A stretch of 64,000 nucleotides of DNA from Candidatus Aldehydirespiratoraceae bacterium (GTDB lineage Bacteria > Actinomycetota > Acidimicrobiia > Acidimicrobiales > Aldehydirespiratoraceae): the NCBI GenBank assembly GCA_965221585.1, contig OZ244898.1:810527-874526 (forward strand). Direction: 5' to 3'. Below are positions 1-7,999 of the stretch, piece by piece. The translations under genes were made by a program, and so were the position numbers. Positions within the stretch are counted from its first letter, which is position 1. Each line of letters opens with the position of its first letter. The notes under the pieces were generated by a model that searched no databases, had not been told where the DNA came from, and was given only the letters and a program-made list of their open reading frames with translations.

Positions 1-264
1 GCCTACGCAGTGAGCCATGTCGGCTGGGGAATGAACGAAGCGGCTCGCTGGGATGCGATGGCGATGTGGGACAAGGCCGAATTCAACGGCACGGAACTGC
101 GGGCCTTCGCCGGCAACTTCCTCTATTCGACCGGGGCGAATGAAGTGGCGGGGAGGTTCTGTCGCGGCCATTTCGACCTGCCGATGAGGTCGTGCACCGT
201 CACCTTGGACGGTGAGGCGGTGGTTGTCGACGGTGTGCTGGTACCGGGTCTGCGCAGCCGCTAG
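1..264 (+). CDS. 3-prime end of a gene that begins upstream of the window; possibly a NicX / M29-aminopeptidase-like metalloenzyme C-terminus
   Basis: Frame 1 is open from base 1 to TAG at 262-264. The tail SHVGWG...FLYSTGAN...GHFDLPM has a His / Ser / HxD spacing that I recall for the 2,5-dihydroxypyridine dioxygenase family. This is recollection only. Confidence 0.3.
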   Translation, partial: AYAVSHVGWGMNEAARWDAMAMWDKAEFNGTELRAFAGNFLYSTGANEVAGRFCRGHFDLPMRSCTVTLDGEAVVVDGVLVPGLRSR

Positions 265-1574
265 TGGTAGTTGAGGTATTCGTTGATCTCCCAGTCCGTC
301 GGTTCGTCTGACGGTTCGCCGCTGCCTCCCGCGGCGGTGTAGCGCTCCCATTCGGCGTGTTTGATGAACAGGAAGTTGGCGCACAGATCGGCGCCGACTG
401 CGTCCATCAGCGCAGGGTCGGCGGCGAGGTCGGCGAGTGCGTCACCGAGGTTGTCGGCGCTCGACACGTCCGTGTTGAGCTCCTCGAAGCCGTCGGTCGT
501 CAACGGGTCGGGGCAGGCGAGCTGCCCGGTGACGCCGAGCAGCGCAGCTTGCAGCACGGTTGCCGCGGCGAGGTGGATGTTGGCGCTGCCGTCGGCGAGT
601 CGGCTCTCGATTCGTGTGGCGGACCCGCGGGCGTCGGGAACCCGGTTGGCGGCGAAGCGGTGCTCGTAGCCCCAGTTGGCCCAGTAGCCGGCGAATTCGC
701 CGGGACGCAACCGCCTGTAGGCGTTGACGGTCGGCGCGCACAGCGCGGTCATTGCCTTGTGGTGCGCGCACAGCCCGGCCAGCGCGCCCTTTGCCAGCGT
801 CGAAAGACCGTCGGCGGCATCGTCGTCGATGAAGGCGTTCTCACCGTCCGGGCTGTCGAGTGAGACGTTCACATGAAGGCCCGAGCCGCTCAGACCGTGC
901 AGCGGCTTGCCCAGGAAGGTGAGGTCGTAGCCGGACTTGATGGCGGTCTCGCGGGCCATCACCCGGAACAGGAAAGCGTCGTCGGCGGCTCTGAGAGCCT
1001 CGTCGTGGCGCAAGGTCAGCTCGAACTGGGACTCATCGAATTCGGCGTTGACCGACTCGAGTTTCAGATCGCAGGCTGCCGAGACCGTCATGATCTCGTC
1101 GATCACCCCCGTCGGGTCCGCAGTGATGCCGGTTCCATAGACATAGGACCGTGGCGCGGCCTTGAGCCTCAGTCCTCCGTTCTCGTCGATTTCGAGCACA
1201 TAGGCTTCGAGCTCGAACCCAAGGCGGGGGTTGTAGCCCAGCTGCTGCCAGTCCGCAATCGCCTTCTGCAGTGCGTGGCGCGCCGAGTAGCTGAACGGTT
1301 CGCCCTCGAATTCGAGGTGACCGACGGCGACCTCGGTGTGGTCGTTCTCCCAGCCGGGTCTCAGGGTTTGCGGATCGAATCGAGCTTGAACGTCTTTGAG
1401 CCCTTCGAGCATGAACGACCCGGGCGCGGGTATCACGCTGCGGTCATAGCCCAGTCCGTACACCGACGCGCAGTGCCCTGTGCCCAGGTGTGCGATATCG
1501 GCGGGCAGGTACTTTCCCCTGGCGATCCCGAGATGGTCTGGCCACATCACACGGATCCGCTGATATTCGCCCAT
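261..1574 (-). CDS. glutamine synthetase family protein (gamma-glutamyl ligase type, GlnA-like)
   Basis: Trimmed to the internal ATG at 1574 (MGEYQRIRVMWPDHLGIARGKY...). GS catalytic-domain motifs run throughout (LEAYV..., HVNVSL, NAYRRL, RIESR). The upstream part of the 532-aa ORF is Pro/Ser/Arg-rich junk. Confidence 0.8.
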   Translation of the reverse strand: MGEYQRIRVMWPDHLGIARGKYLPADIAHLGTGHCASVYGLGYDRSVIPAPGSFMLEGLKDVQARFDPQTLRPGWENDHTEVAVGHLEFEGEPFSYSARHALQKAIADWQQLGYNPRLGFELEAYVLEIDENGGLRLKAAPRSYVYGTGITADPTGVIDEIMTVSAACDLKLESVNAEFDESQFELTLRHDEALRAADDAFLFRVMARETAIKSGYDLTFLGKPLHGLSGSGLHVNVSLDSPDGENAFIDDDAADGLSTLAKGALAGLCAHHKAMTALCAPTVNAYRRLRPGEFAGYWANWGYEHRFAANRVPDARGSATRIESRLADGSANIHLAAATVLQAALLGVTGQLACPDPLTTDGFEELNTDVSSADNLGDALADLAADPALMDAVGADLCANFLFIKHAEWERYTAAGGSGEPSDEPTDWEINEYLNYH

Positions 1575-1671
1575 CTGATCTCCTAACGGTCGGCCATTAC
1601 AGGATAAGAGGCAACGATTCGGAGCGGGACCCCGAATTCGGGGCCAGCGCACCGCATGGGTACGCTCTCGG

Positions 1672-2898
1672 GTGATGGATGCCTGGAACGATCCCGCGCT
1701 CGACGCTTTCGCTGACGAGGTCCGCACTTGGATTGAAGAGCACTGCGTCGGCGAGTTCGCGGCGTACCGGGGCCGGGGCTGGACCGGCCAGGAGGATGTT
1801 CCTGTTGAGGTCCAGTGGGCCTGGGAGAAGGAGCTTGCATCCGGTGGCTGGCTGGGCATCGACTTCCCTGAATGGATTGGTGGACGGGCCTGTTCGTTGG
1901 CGGAGCAGGTGGTCTTTCACCGGACTTACGTGGAGTCGCGCGCGCCGGGGCGTCTGCCCAACATGGGCACGACTCTGCTGGGTCCCACCTTGATGGCGTT
2001 CGGCAGCGAGGCTCAGCAACGTCGCTTCGTGCCCCGCATCCTCGCGGCGGAGGATTATTGGTGCCAGGGATACTCGGAACCGGATGCCGGTTCTGATCTG
2101 GCCAATGTCAAGACCCGAGCTGAGCTGGTCGACGGGCGGTGGGTCATCAACGGTCAGAAAGTCTGGACTTCGCTGGCGCAGTACGCCCAATGGATCTTCT
2201 TGGTGGCCCGCACGGACGCGGGTTCGCAACGCCATGCGGGCCTGAGCTACCTGTTGGTGCCGATGGACCAGCCCGGTATCGAGATCCGTCCGATCGTGCA
2301 GATCACCGGCGGTTCTGAGTTCAACGAGACGTTCTTCTCAGACGCTCACACCGAGGAGTCCCTGGTTGTGGGCGGAGCCGGCAACGGTTGGAAGGTGGCG
2401 ATGGGGACTCTGGGTTTCGAGAGGGGTGCTTCAACGCTGGGGCAGCAGGTCAGTTATCGCCAGGAGTTCGATGATCTTGTTGCGTTGGCCTCAGAGAATG
2501 GCCGTCTGGCTGATCCGGTTGTGCGCCAGGAGTTGACCCGCAGCTTCGTCGAGCTGGAGATTCTGCGGTTCAACCAGTTGCGGATGCTCACGGCCATGAC
2601 GAGCGGTGGGGTGCCGGGTCCCGAGATGTCGATCGGCAAGCTGTATTGGGCGTCTTGGCATCGCCGTATGGGCGAGTTGGCAATGTTGGTCCGTGGGGCG
2701 AGTGGCATGGTCGGGTCGTCTGGAGCGCACAACGGCCATCCGAGTTTCGGCGATCATGAGCTGCCCGACTATGAGATCGACCGTGAGCAGCGCACCTTCC
2801 TCTACAGCCGTGCGCACACGATTTACGGCGGTTCGAATCAGATTCAGCGCAACGTCATCGGCGAACGTGTGCTCGGCCTGCCGCGCGAGCCCCGCTGA
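1672..2898 (+). CDS. acyl-CoA dehydrogenase
   Basis: QGYSEPDAGSDLANVKTRA, WVINGQKVWTS and the C-terminal YGGSNQIQRNVIGERVLGLPRE are typical ACAD motifs. Confidence 0.85.
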   Translation: MMDAWNDPALDAFADEVRTWIEEHCVGEFAAYRGRGWTGQEDVPVEVQWAWEKELASGGWLGIDFPEWIGGRACSLAEQVVFHRTYVESRAPGRLPNMGTTLLGPTLMAFGSEAQQRRFVPRILAAEDYWCQGYSEPDAGSDLANVKTRAELVDGRWVINGQKVWTSLAQYAQWIFLVARTDAGSQRHAGLSYLLVPMDQPGIEIRPIVQITGGSEFNETFFSDAHTEESLVVGGAGNGWKVAMGTLGFERGASTLGQQVSYRQEFDDLVALASENGRLADPVVRQELTRSFVELEILRFNQLRMLTAMTSGGVPGPEMSIGKLYWASWHRRMGELAMLVRGASGMVGSSGAHNGHPSFGDHELPDYEIDREQRTFLYSRAHTIYGGSNQIQRNVIGERVLGLPREPR

Positions 2899-3006
2899 GC
2901 GACAACGTCTGGAGTTCAGTGTCACGCGGTGTCGTTATGCTTGTGGTTGACTCGCAGTCCGAGCAGAACAGTCCGAGCAGAAACAGAACTAGCACAAGGA
3001 GTGGCG

Positions 3007-3837
3007 ATGGGCAGGATTCGCAATACGTTCGAGTTGGCGAAGCTCTCGTGGGGAGTTTTGAAGAAGGACCGGGAACTGTTGGTGATTCCGGTCTTGTCGT
3101 TCCTGGTTTCCGCGGCGTTGTTGATTCCGCTCATGTTCGTTGTGTTCGCAACGGCCAGCACCGAGTCGGGTGGCGCTGAAGAAGCTTCAGCCAACCCCGC
3201 GATGGTGCTGGTAGGGCTTGTGGCGGCACTGGGTCTGAGCGTGATCAGCGTCTTCTTCAACGGCGCTTTGGTCGCGGGGGCTCACGAACGGCTCGCGGGC
3301 GGCGACCCGACGGTTGGTTCTGCGATCCGCAAGGCATTCAGCCGGATCCCCGGTCTGGTTCCCTGGGCGATCCTGACCGCCACAGTTGGATTGATCCTGC
3401 GCGCGCTGCGCGACCGGGCGGGTATGTTCGGCCAGTTCGTGATCAGCATGGTAGGTATGGCCTGGGAGGTTGCGACGTTCTTGGTGGTCCCGGCGATCGT
3501 GATCGACGACAAGGGCGCGATCGACGGCTTGAAGACCTCGGGTTCTTTGCTCAAGTCGACCTGGGGTGAGAACCTGGCGGCCCGAGTCGGGTTCGGGATC
3601 CTCGGGTTCGTGGCGGTGCTGCCGGCCATTCTGTTGATGGCTGTGTTCGGTTCCCTCGGCGGGATCGGCCTGATCGTGGGTATCGCCATCGGCGTGGTCT
3701 GGATTGCGTTGGTGGTTGTGGTTATGACTGCGCTGAACGCGGTGTTCCAGGCGGCGCTGTACCTTTACGCAACATCGGGAATGGCCCCGAGCGGGTTCGA
3801 AGGCTCCACCATCGGCGAGAGCTTCAGCCGTCGCTGA
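3007..3837 (+). CDS. polytopic membrane protein of unknown function (DUF6159-like)
   Basis: Starts at the ATG at 3007 (MGRIRNTFELAKLSWGVLKKDRELL). Contains several long hydrophobic helices. Confidence 0.55.
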   Translation: MGRIRNTFELAKLSWGVLKKDRELLVIPVLSFLVSAALLIPLMFVVFATASTESGGAEEASANPAMVLVGLVAALGLSVISVFFNGALVAGAHERLAGGDPTVGSAIRKAFSRIPGLVPWAILTATVGLILRALRDRAGMFGQFVISMVGMAWEVATFLVVPAIVIDDKGAIDGLKTSGSLLKSTWGENLAARVGFGILGFVAVLPAILLMAVFGSLGGIGLIVGIAIGVVWIALVVVVMTALNAVFQAALYLYATSGMAPSGFEGSTIGESFSRR

Positions 3838-3852
3838 CCCCGCTGATTCCCG

Positions 3853-4833
3853 CTAGTTGATCCCAGAGCCCTCCTCGGGTTCTTGGATCGAGTCGATCAG
3901 ACCCCATTTGAGGGCGGTGTTGGCATCGATCGTGGTGTCTTGAAGCAGCCACGCCAGGGTTCGGTGCCGTCCGATTCGTGCTGGAATACTGACGGTTCCT
4001 CCCATCCCGGGCATCAGGCCCATTCGGGTCTCTGGTAGCCGGAACCAGGTGTCGGGGTGGGCCACGATCCGACGACAGAAAGCCGTCATCTCCACGCCTG
4101 CACCGATGCACGGTCCGTGCACCTGGGCTGTGACCCGCTCGGCGATGCGACGCAGGTGCGGCGCGATGTTGGCGCTGGAACGCAGCAGGTGCGCGGTCAG
4201 CGGGTCGCTCACCGTGCCGAACTCGGCGAGGTCGCCGCCCGCACAGAACGCGGGTCCCGCACCCGTCAGGTGGATCGGCAGCGGTTCGCCGAGGGCGAGC
4301 GTCGTGAACGCGTCGATCAGCTCGTCTCGCATCCGGGCGTCGATCATGTTGCGCAACCGGGGTCGGTCGAGGACCACCTCGATGTGGTCGTCATGCTCCT
4401 CGATCCGGACCCGTGGGCCGTCGTCGTTGCGGACGCGGCGCCCCTGGGATGCCAGCCAGGTTGCGAACTCTGGTCCTGACTGCAGGGTTGCGTAGGCGAG
4501 CGATTCGACCAGCAGCGCTTCTTCGACGGTTCGGGTGGTGGTGCCCCTCAGGACCTGGGCTGTCGTCACCGCGGCCATGGGGGCCGCGAGCGCGCCTGCG
4601 ATGATCGGGTCTGGGTCTTCGCCGCGGATGTCCCAGGCATCGGCAGCAGAGCTGCCCACCCCGACTGACACGACCGGCAGTCGGGCCAACCGGGTCGCGA
4701 TCTCGGCACCGTCATGGTCGCCGAGTGCGACCGCGACCACCGGCCTGCCGACAGCGGCACCGACCTTCCGGTCGATGTCTGGTGACGCCAGCGCCTCCTG
4801 GGCTTGGGACCAAGACCAGAGGACCGCTTCCAT
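3853..4833 (-). CDS. enoyl-CoA hydratase/isomerase family protein with an N-terminal extension
   Basis: The C-terminal two thirds are crotonase-like (LDRPRLRNMIDARMRDEL, GAGPAFCAGGDL, GPCIGAGVEM). Confidence 0.7.
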   Translation of the reverse strand: MEAVLWSWSQAQEALASPDIDRKVGAAVGRPVVAVALGDHDGAEIATRLARLPVVSVGVGSSAADAWDIRGEDPDPIIAGALAAPMAAVTTAQVLRGTTTRTVEEALLVESLAYATLQSGPEFATWLASQGRRVRNDDGPRVRIEEHDDHIEVVLDRPRLRNMIDARMRDELIDAFTTLALGEPLPIHLTGAGPAFCAGGDLAEFGTVSDPLTAHLLRSSANIAPHLRRIAERVTAQVHGPCIGAGVEMTAFCRRIVAHPDTWFRLPETRMGLMPGMGGTVSIPARIGRHRTLAWLLQDTTIDANTALKWGLIDSIQEPEEGSGIN

Positions 4834-4842
4834 CGCCGAACC

Positions 4843-6375
4843 TCAGCTGTCCGTGTCACCGAGGTGGGCGTGCTGTTGGCGCAGCACTCTGCGAAGCAGC
4901 TTCCCGGTGTCGTTGTAGGGAAGTTCGTCGACCCACACGACATGGGCGGGCACCCGGCTCGACCTCAGCCGATGGCGCACCAGTTCTTGAATCTCGTGTT
5001 CGCTGACGGGTTCCGCGGATTCTGGGTCTTGGTCGGCGGGCACGATGACGGCCACCACTTTCTCGCCCCACTGTTCGTCGGGTACGCCGATGGCAGCCGC
5101 ATCTTTCGCCGCTGGGTGGGTGAGCAGTACATCTTCGATCTCTCCGGGCGACATGTTCTCGCCGCCGCGGATGATCACGTCGTCGTTGCGGCCTTGGACG
5201 AACAGGTAGCCGGCTTCGTCTACGTAGCCTTCGTCGCGGGTCGGGAACCAACCGTCGACCAGCAGCGATCCGGCTTCGAGATATTCTCCCGACACCTGTT
5301 CGCCGCGCACGAAGATCTCGCCGGATTCTCCGGCCGGCAGTTCCTCTCCGGTGTCGTCGCGGATTGATATTTCCACGCCCGGCAGGGGGCGTCCGGCTGA
5401 ACCGAGGCGCCTCTGTTCCTCTGGTTCGTCGCTGTATTGGGCCAGGCGGTGGTCGTCGGGTCCGAGGACCGCGATCGTCGAACTGGTTTCGGTGAGGCCG
5501 TAGGCGTTCACGAACGAGGTGATCGGGAACAGTTCGAGTGCCCGGGTGATGACCGGCAACGGCATTCTTCCTCCGCCGTAGGACAGGGACCGCACGCCCA
5601 GCAGTGGTTCGCCTCCCCGGGCGTCGAGGGCCTCGACGATACGGGCCAGCATGGTTGGCACGACCATCGCGTGCGTGACGTTCTCGCGTTCCACGGTGTC
5701 GATCCAGTCGTCGGGGTCGAAGCTGGGGAGTTGCACGATCCGGCGTCCCGCGTACACCGACGACAGCATCGCGGCGACGCCGGCCACGTGGTAGGGGGGC
5801 ACGCTCACGATGGTGGCTTCGTCCTCGGCGGCTCCCATGAACTCGACCGAGCCGAGAATGTAGGACACGAGATGCTTGTGGCGCAGGACCGCTGTTTTGG
5901 GGGCTCCGGTCGTTCCGCTGGTGTAGAGCAGCACGGCGACACCGTCGGGGTCCGCGGCCTCGGCGGGCGCTGTGTCCGGTGTTGTGCCGTCTGCGAGTGT
6001 CTCAAGGAACTCTTCTCTGGTGAGCGTCTCGAGTCCGTCCACTCCGCTGAGCCGGAGCGCGCCGGAGTCGTCGGTGATGGCGACGCTGGGCGCGCTTCGC
6101 TGCGCCAGAGCAGCGAGGTCGTCGTCTGCCAGCCGATAGTTGAGAGGGACATAGGGCATCCCCGCTGCCGCAGCACCGAAGAGGCAGATCGGCACGGCCG
6201 GGCTCGACTCGTCGCAGAGCAGCACCTTGTCGCCGGGGGCCGCGTAGAAACGGGCCGCCGCTGCTTGAGCTTGATCGTGGAGTTGCCGATATGAGATTCC
6301 ACCGTCGAGTGAACCGACAGCGGCCCGGTCGCCGAGTCCTTCGGCCGCCATCTCCAACAGCATCATCAGATTCAT
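4843..6375 (-). CDS. AMP-dependent synthetase/ligase (acyl-CoA synthetase)
   Basis: AMP-binding motif LLYTSGTTGAPK, YGLTE, and the C-terminal PYNDTGKLLRRVL. Confidence 0.85.
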   Translation of the reverse strand: MNLMMLLEMAAEGLGDRAAVGSLDGGISYRQLHDQAQAAAARFYAAPGDKVLLCDESSPAVPICLFGAAAAGMPYVPLNYRLADDDLAALAQRSAPSVAITDDSGALRLSGVDGLETLTREEFLETLADGTTPDTAPAEAADPDGVAVLLYTSGTTGAPKTAVLRHKHLVSYILGSVEFMGAAEDEATIVSVPPYHVAGVAAMLSSVYAGRRIVQLPSFDPDDWIDTVERENVTHAMVVPTMLARIVEALDARGGEPLLGVRSLSYGGGRMPLPVITRALELFPITSFVNAYGLTETSSTIAVLGPDDHRLAQYSDEPEEQRRLGSAGRPLPGVEISIRDDTGEELPAGESGEIFVRGEQVSGEYLEAGSLLVDGWFPTRDEGYVDEAGYLFVQGRNDDVIIRGGENMSPGEIEDVLLTHPAAKDAAAIGVPDEQWGEKVVAVIVPADQDPESAEPVSEHEIQELVRHRLRSSRVPAHVVWVDELPYNDTGKLLRRVLRQQHAHLGDTDS

Positions 6376-6391
6376 GGCGGGTCCAATTTGG

Positions 6392-6697
6392 TCAGTCGGA
6401 TGCAGGCAGGGTCTTCGGCTCGGCGACGCTCAGGAGGGTCCCGGATACGGCGATCGAACCGTCACCGCCCTTGGTGGCCAGCAGTTCGACTGTGGCTTCG
6501 GCGTTGGTGTAGCGCTTACCGAGAAGGGTGCCCTCCGCCGCGTCCGAAGCGGGCGCTCCGCCGATCTCGGCGGTTCCAGCGGCAACCATGGCAGCACCTC
6601 CGCAGGTCAACTCGGTGTCACCGTCGCCTTTCACCACTATTACTTGCGTGGTGCAGACTGTGGACTGGAAGCGTGCACCGGGCTTTAGTTCGACCAT
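6392..6697 (-). CDS. small conserved hypothetical protein
   Basis: 101-aa ORF placed tightly just upstream of the ligase gene on the same strand. Its pattern C..QVIVVK...L.CGG..M...LGKRY...LL.TKGG resembles small proteins I recall next to actinobacterial acyl-CoA synthetases. Confidence 0.45.
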   Translation of the reverse strand: MVELKPGARFQSTVCTTQVIVVKGDGDTELTCGGAAMVAAGTAEIGGAPASDAAEGTLLGKRYTNAEATVELLATKGGDGSIAVSGTLLSVAEPKTLPASD

Positions 6698-6803
6698 CGT
6701 TTGGAGCTCCTAGGCGTTGGCTGGTGCTCCATTGTGCCGCGAAGCCCGCACCAGACCAAAGCCGCGACTGTCCTCTGCACGCTTGTGGCGGTTTCGACCC
6801 TTT

Positions 6804-6858
6804 ATTTCGGAAGGTTATTACGATATTCTTCCGAAATGGTGGAAGTTTCGGAAGGTTA
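6804..6858. promoter_or_regulatory. operator-like repeat cluster at the Fic gene start
   Basis: There is a perfect 10-bp inverted repeat, atttcggaag (6804-6813) and cttccgaaat (6828-6837), with a 14-bp AT-rich spacer. The 13-bp direct repeat tttcggaaggtta occurs at 6805-6817 and 6846-6858. The right arm overlaps the ATG at 6836. Confidence 0.4.
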
Positions 6859-7972
6859 CGGGTACGCGGTCGAATCCGACTGGAATGGGCGAAAGGTCCA
6901 GGCCTGGGTCCCTTCCCCTCTACAAGAGCGCCCCATGGAGCTGTCAGCCGCCGCAGTGAGGGCCAGCGAACGGGCATGCGCCGCTTTGAGGCTTGCAGAT
7001 GCCCGGTTGCCGAGCGAATGGGAGGCCTTGGCGAGGCTTCTGTTGCGCAACGAAGGTGTGGCGTCTTCGGGCATTGAGGGATTGCGCGAACCCATCGAGT
7101 CTGTGCTGATCGCCGAGAGAACCGACCAGGGCGGAACGGCGGGTTGGGTTGCCGACAACTTGGTGGTGATCGACTGGGCGTTCGAGACTACCGGCGAGCC
7201 GGTTGCAGTCGGCACGCTGCATCGCTGGCATCGCCAGCTCATGCGGCACGGGCGGCTTCCAGCGGACATGATCGGGGTGTTCCGCCCGGCGTTGGGTTGG
7301 GTGGGCGGCACCTCACCGCTGGACGCTGCTTATGTTCCTCCGCCGCCGTCTGAAATACCGCGGTTGATGGACGATTTGATCGCCTTTGCCAACAGCGACC
7401 TCGAGGATCTCGATCCTGTGTCCCATGCGGCTGTGATTCACGCCCAGTTTGAGGCGATCCACCCCTATGGCGACGGCAACGGTCGTCTTGGACGGGTGAT
7501 GATCAGCCGAACTCTCAGGTGGCAGGCGATCACGAAACGGACCGTAGCCCCCATCAGCACGGCCATCGCCCGTGATCCCGGTGGTTACCTTTCCGGCCTC
7601 CACCTGTTCGAGCAGGGAATGCTCGACCCGTGGGTGATCTGGTTTGCTGAGATTGTGCAGAGGGCCGCTTCCACGACTCACCGGATCATCGATCAGACGA
7701 CTGCCTTGTTGGACCGATGGGAACAGGCGGTTGCTGGACTTCGAGCCGATCACTCGGCACGGGCCCTGCTTACACTTCTCCCTGCGTATCCCCTGCTCAG
7801 CGCCGGGGATGTGGCCGAGTTGCTCAGCATCTCCGAGCGTGCAGCCCGCACCACTCTGGCTGTGCTGGCCGGGTTCGGCATCCTGTCGCCGATCGAAGTC
7901 TCAACGTCGACCCCAGGCCGAAACCGCCACTGGTTCGCCGCCCCCGACCTCCTCCACCTCTGGGGCTCATGA
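6836..7972 (+). CDS. Fic family protein (class II type with an N-terminal inhibitory motif and a C-terminal wHTH)
   Basis: Fic active-site motif HPYGDGNGRLGR. Upstream SSGIEG fits the (S/T)xxxE(G/N) auto-inhibition motif. The C-terminal LSAGDVAELLSISERAARTTLAVLAGFGIL looks like a winged helix. Confidence 0.85.
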   Translation: MVEVSEGYGYAVESDWNGRKVQAWVPSPLQERPMELSAAAVRASERACAALRLADARLPSEWEALARLLLRNEGVASSGIEGLREPIESVLIAERTDQGGTAGWVADNLVVIDWAFETTGEPVAVGTLHRWHRQLMRHGRLPADMIGVFRPALGWVGGTSPLDAAYVPPPPSEIPRLMDDLIAFANSDLEDLDPVSHAAVIHAQFEAIHPYGDGNGRLGRVMISRTLRWQAITKRTVAPISTAIARDPGGYLSGLHLFEQGMLDPWVIWFAEIVQRAASTTHRIIDQTTALLDRWEQAVAGLRADHSARALLTLLPAYPLLSAGDVAELLSISERAARTTLAVLAGFGILSPIEVSTSTPGRNRHWFAAPDLLHLWGS

Positions 7973-7999
7973 CAGACCCTATGTCTAGACTGCGGCCCT

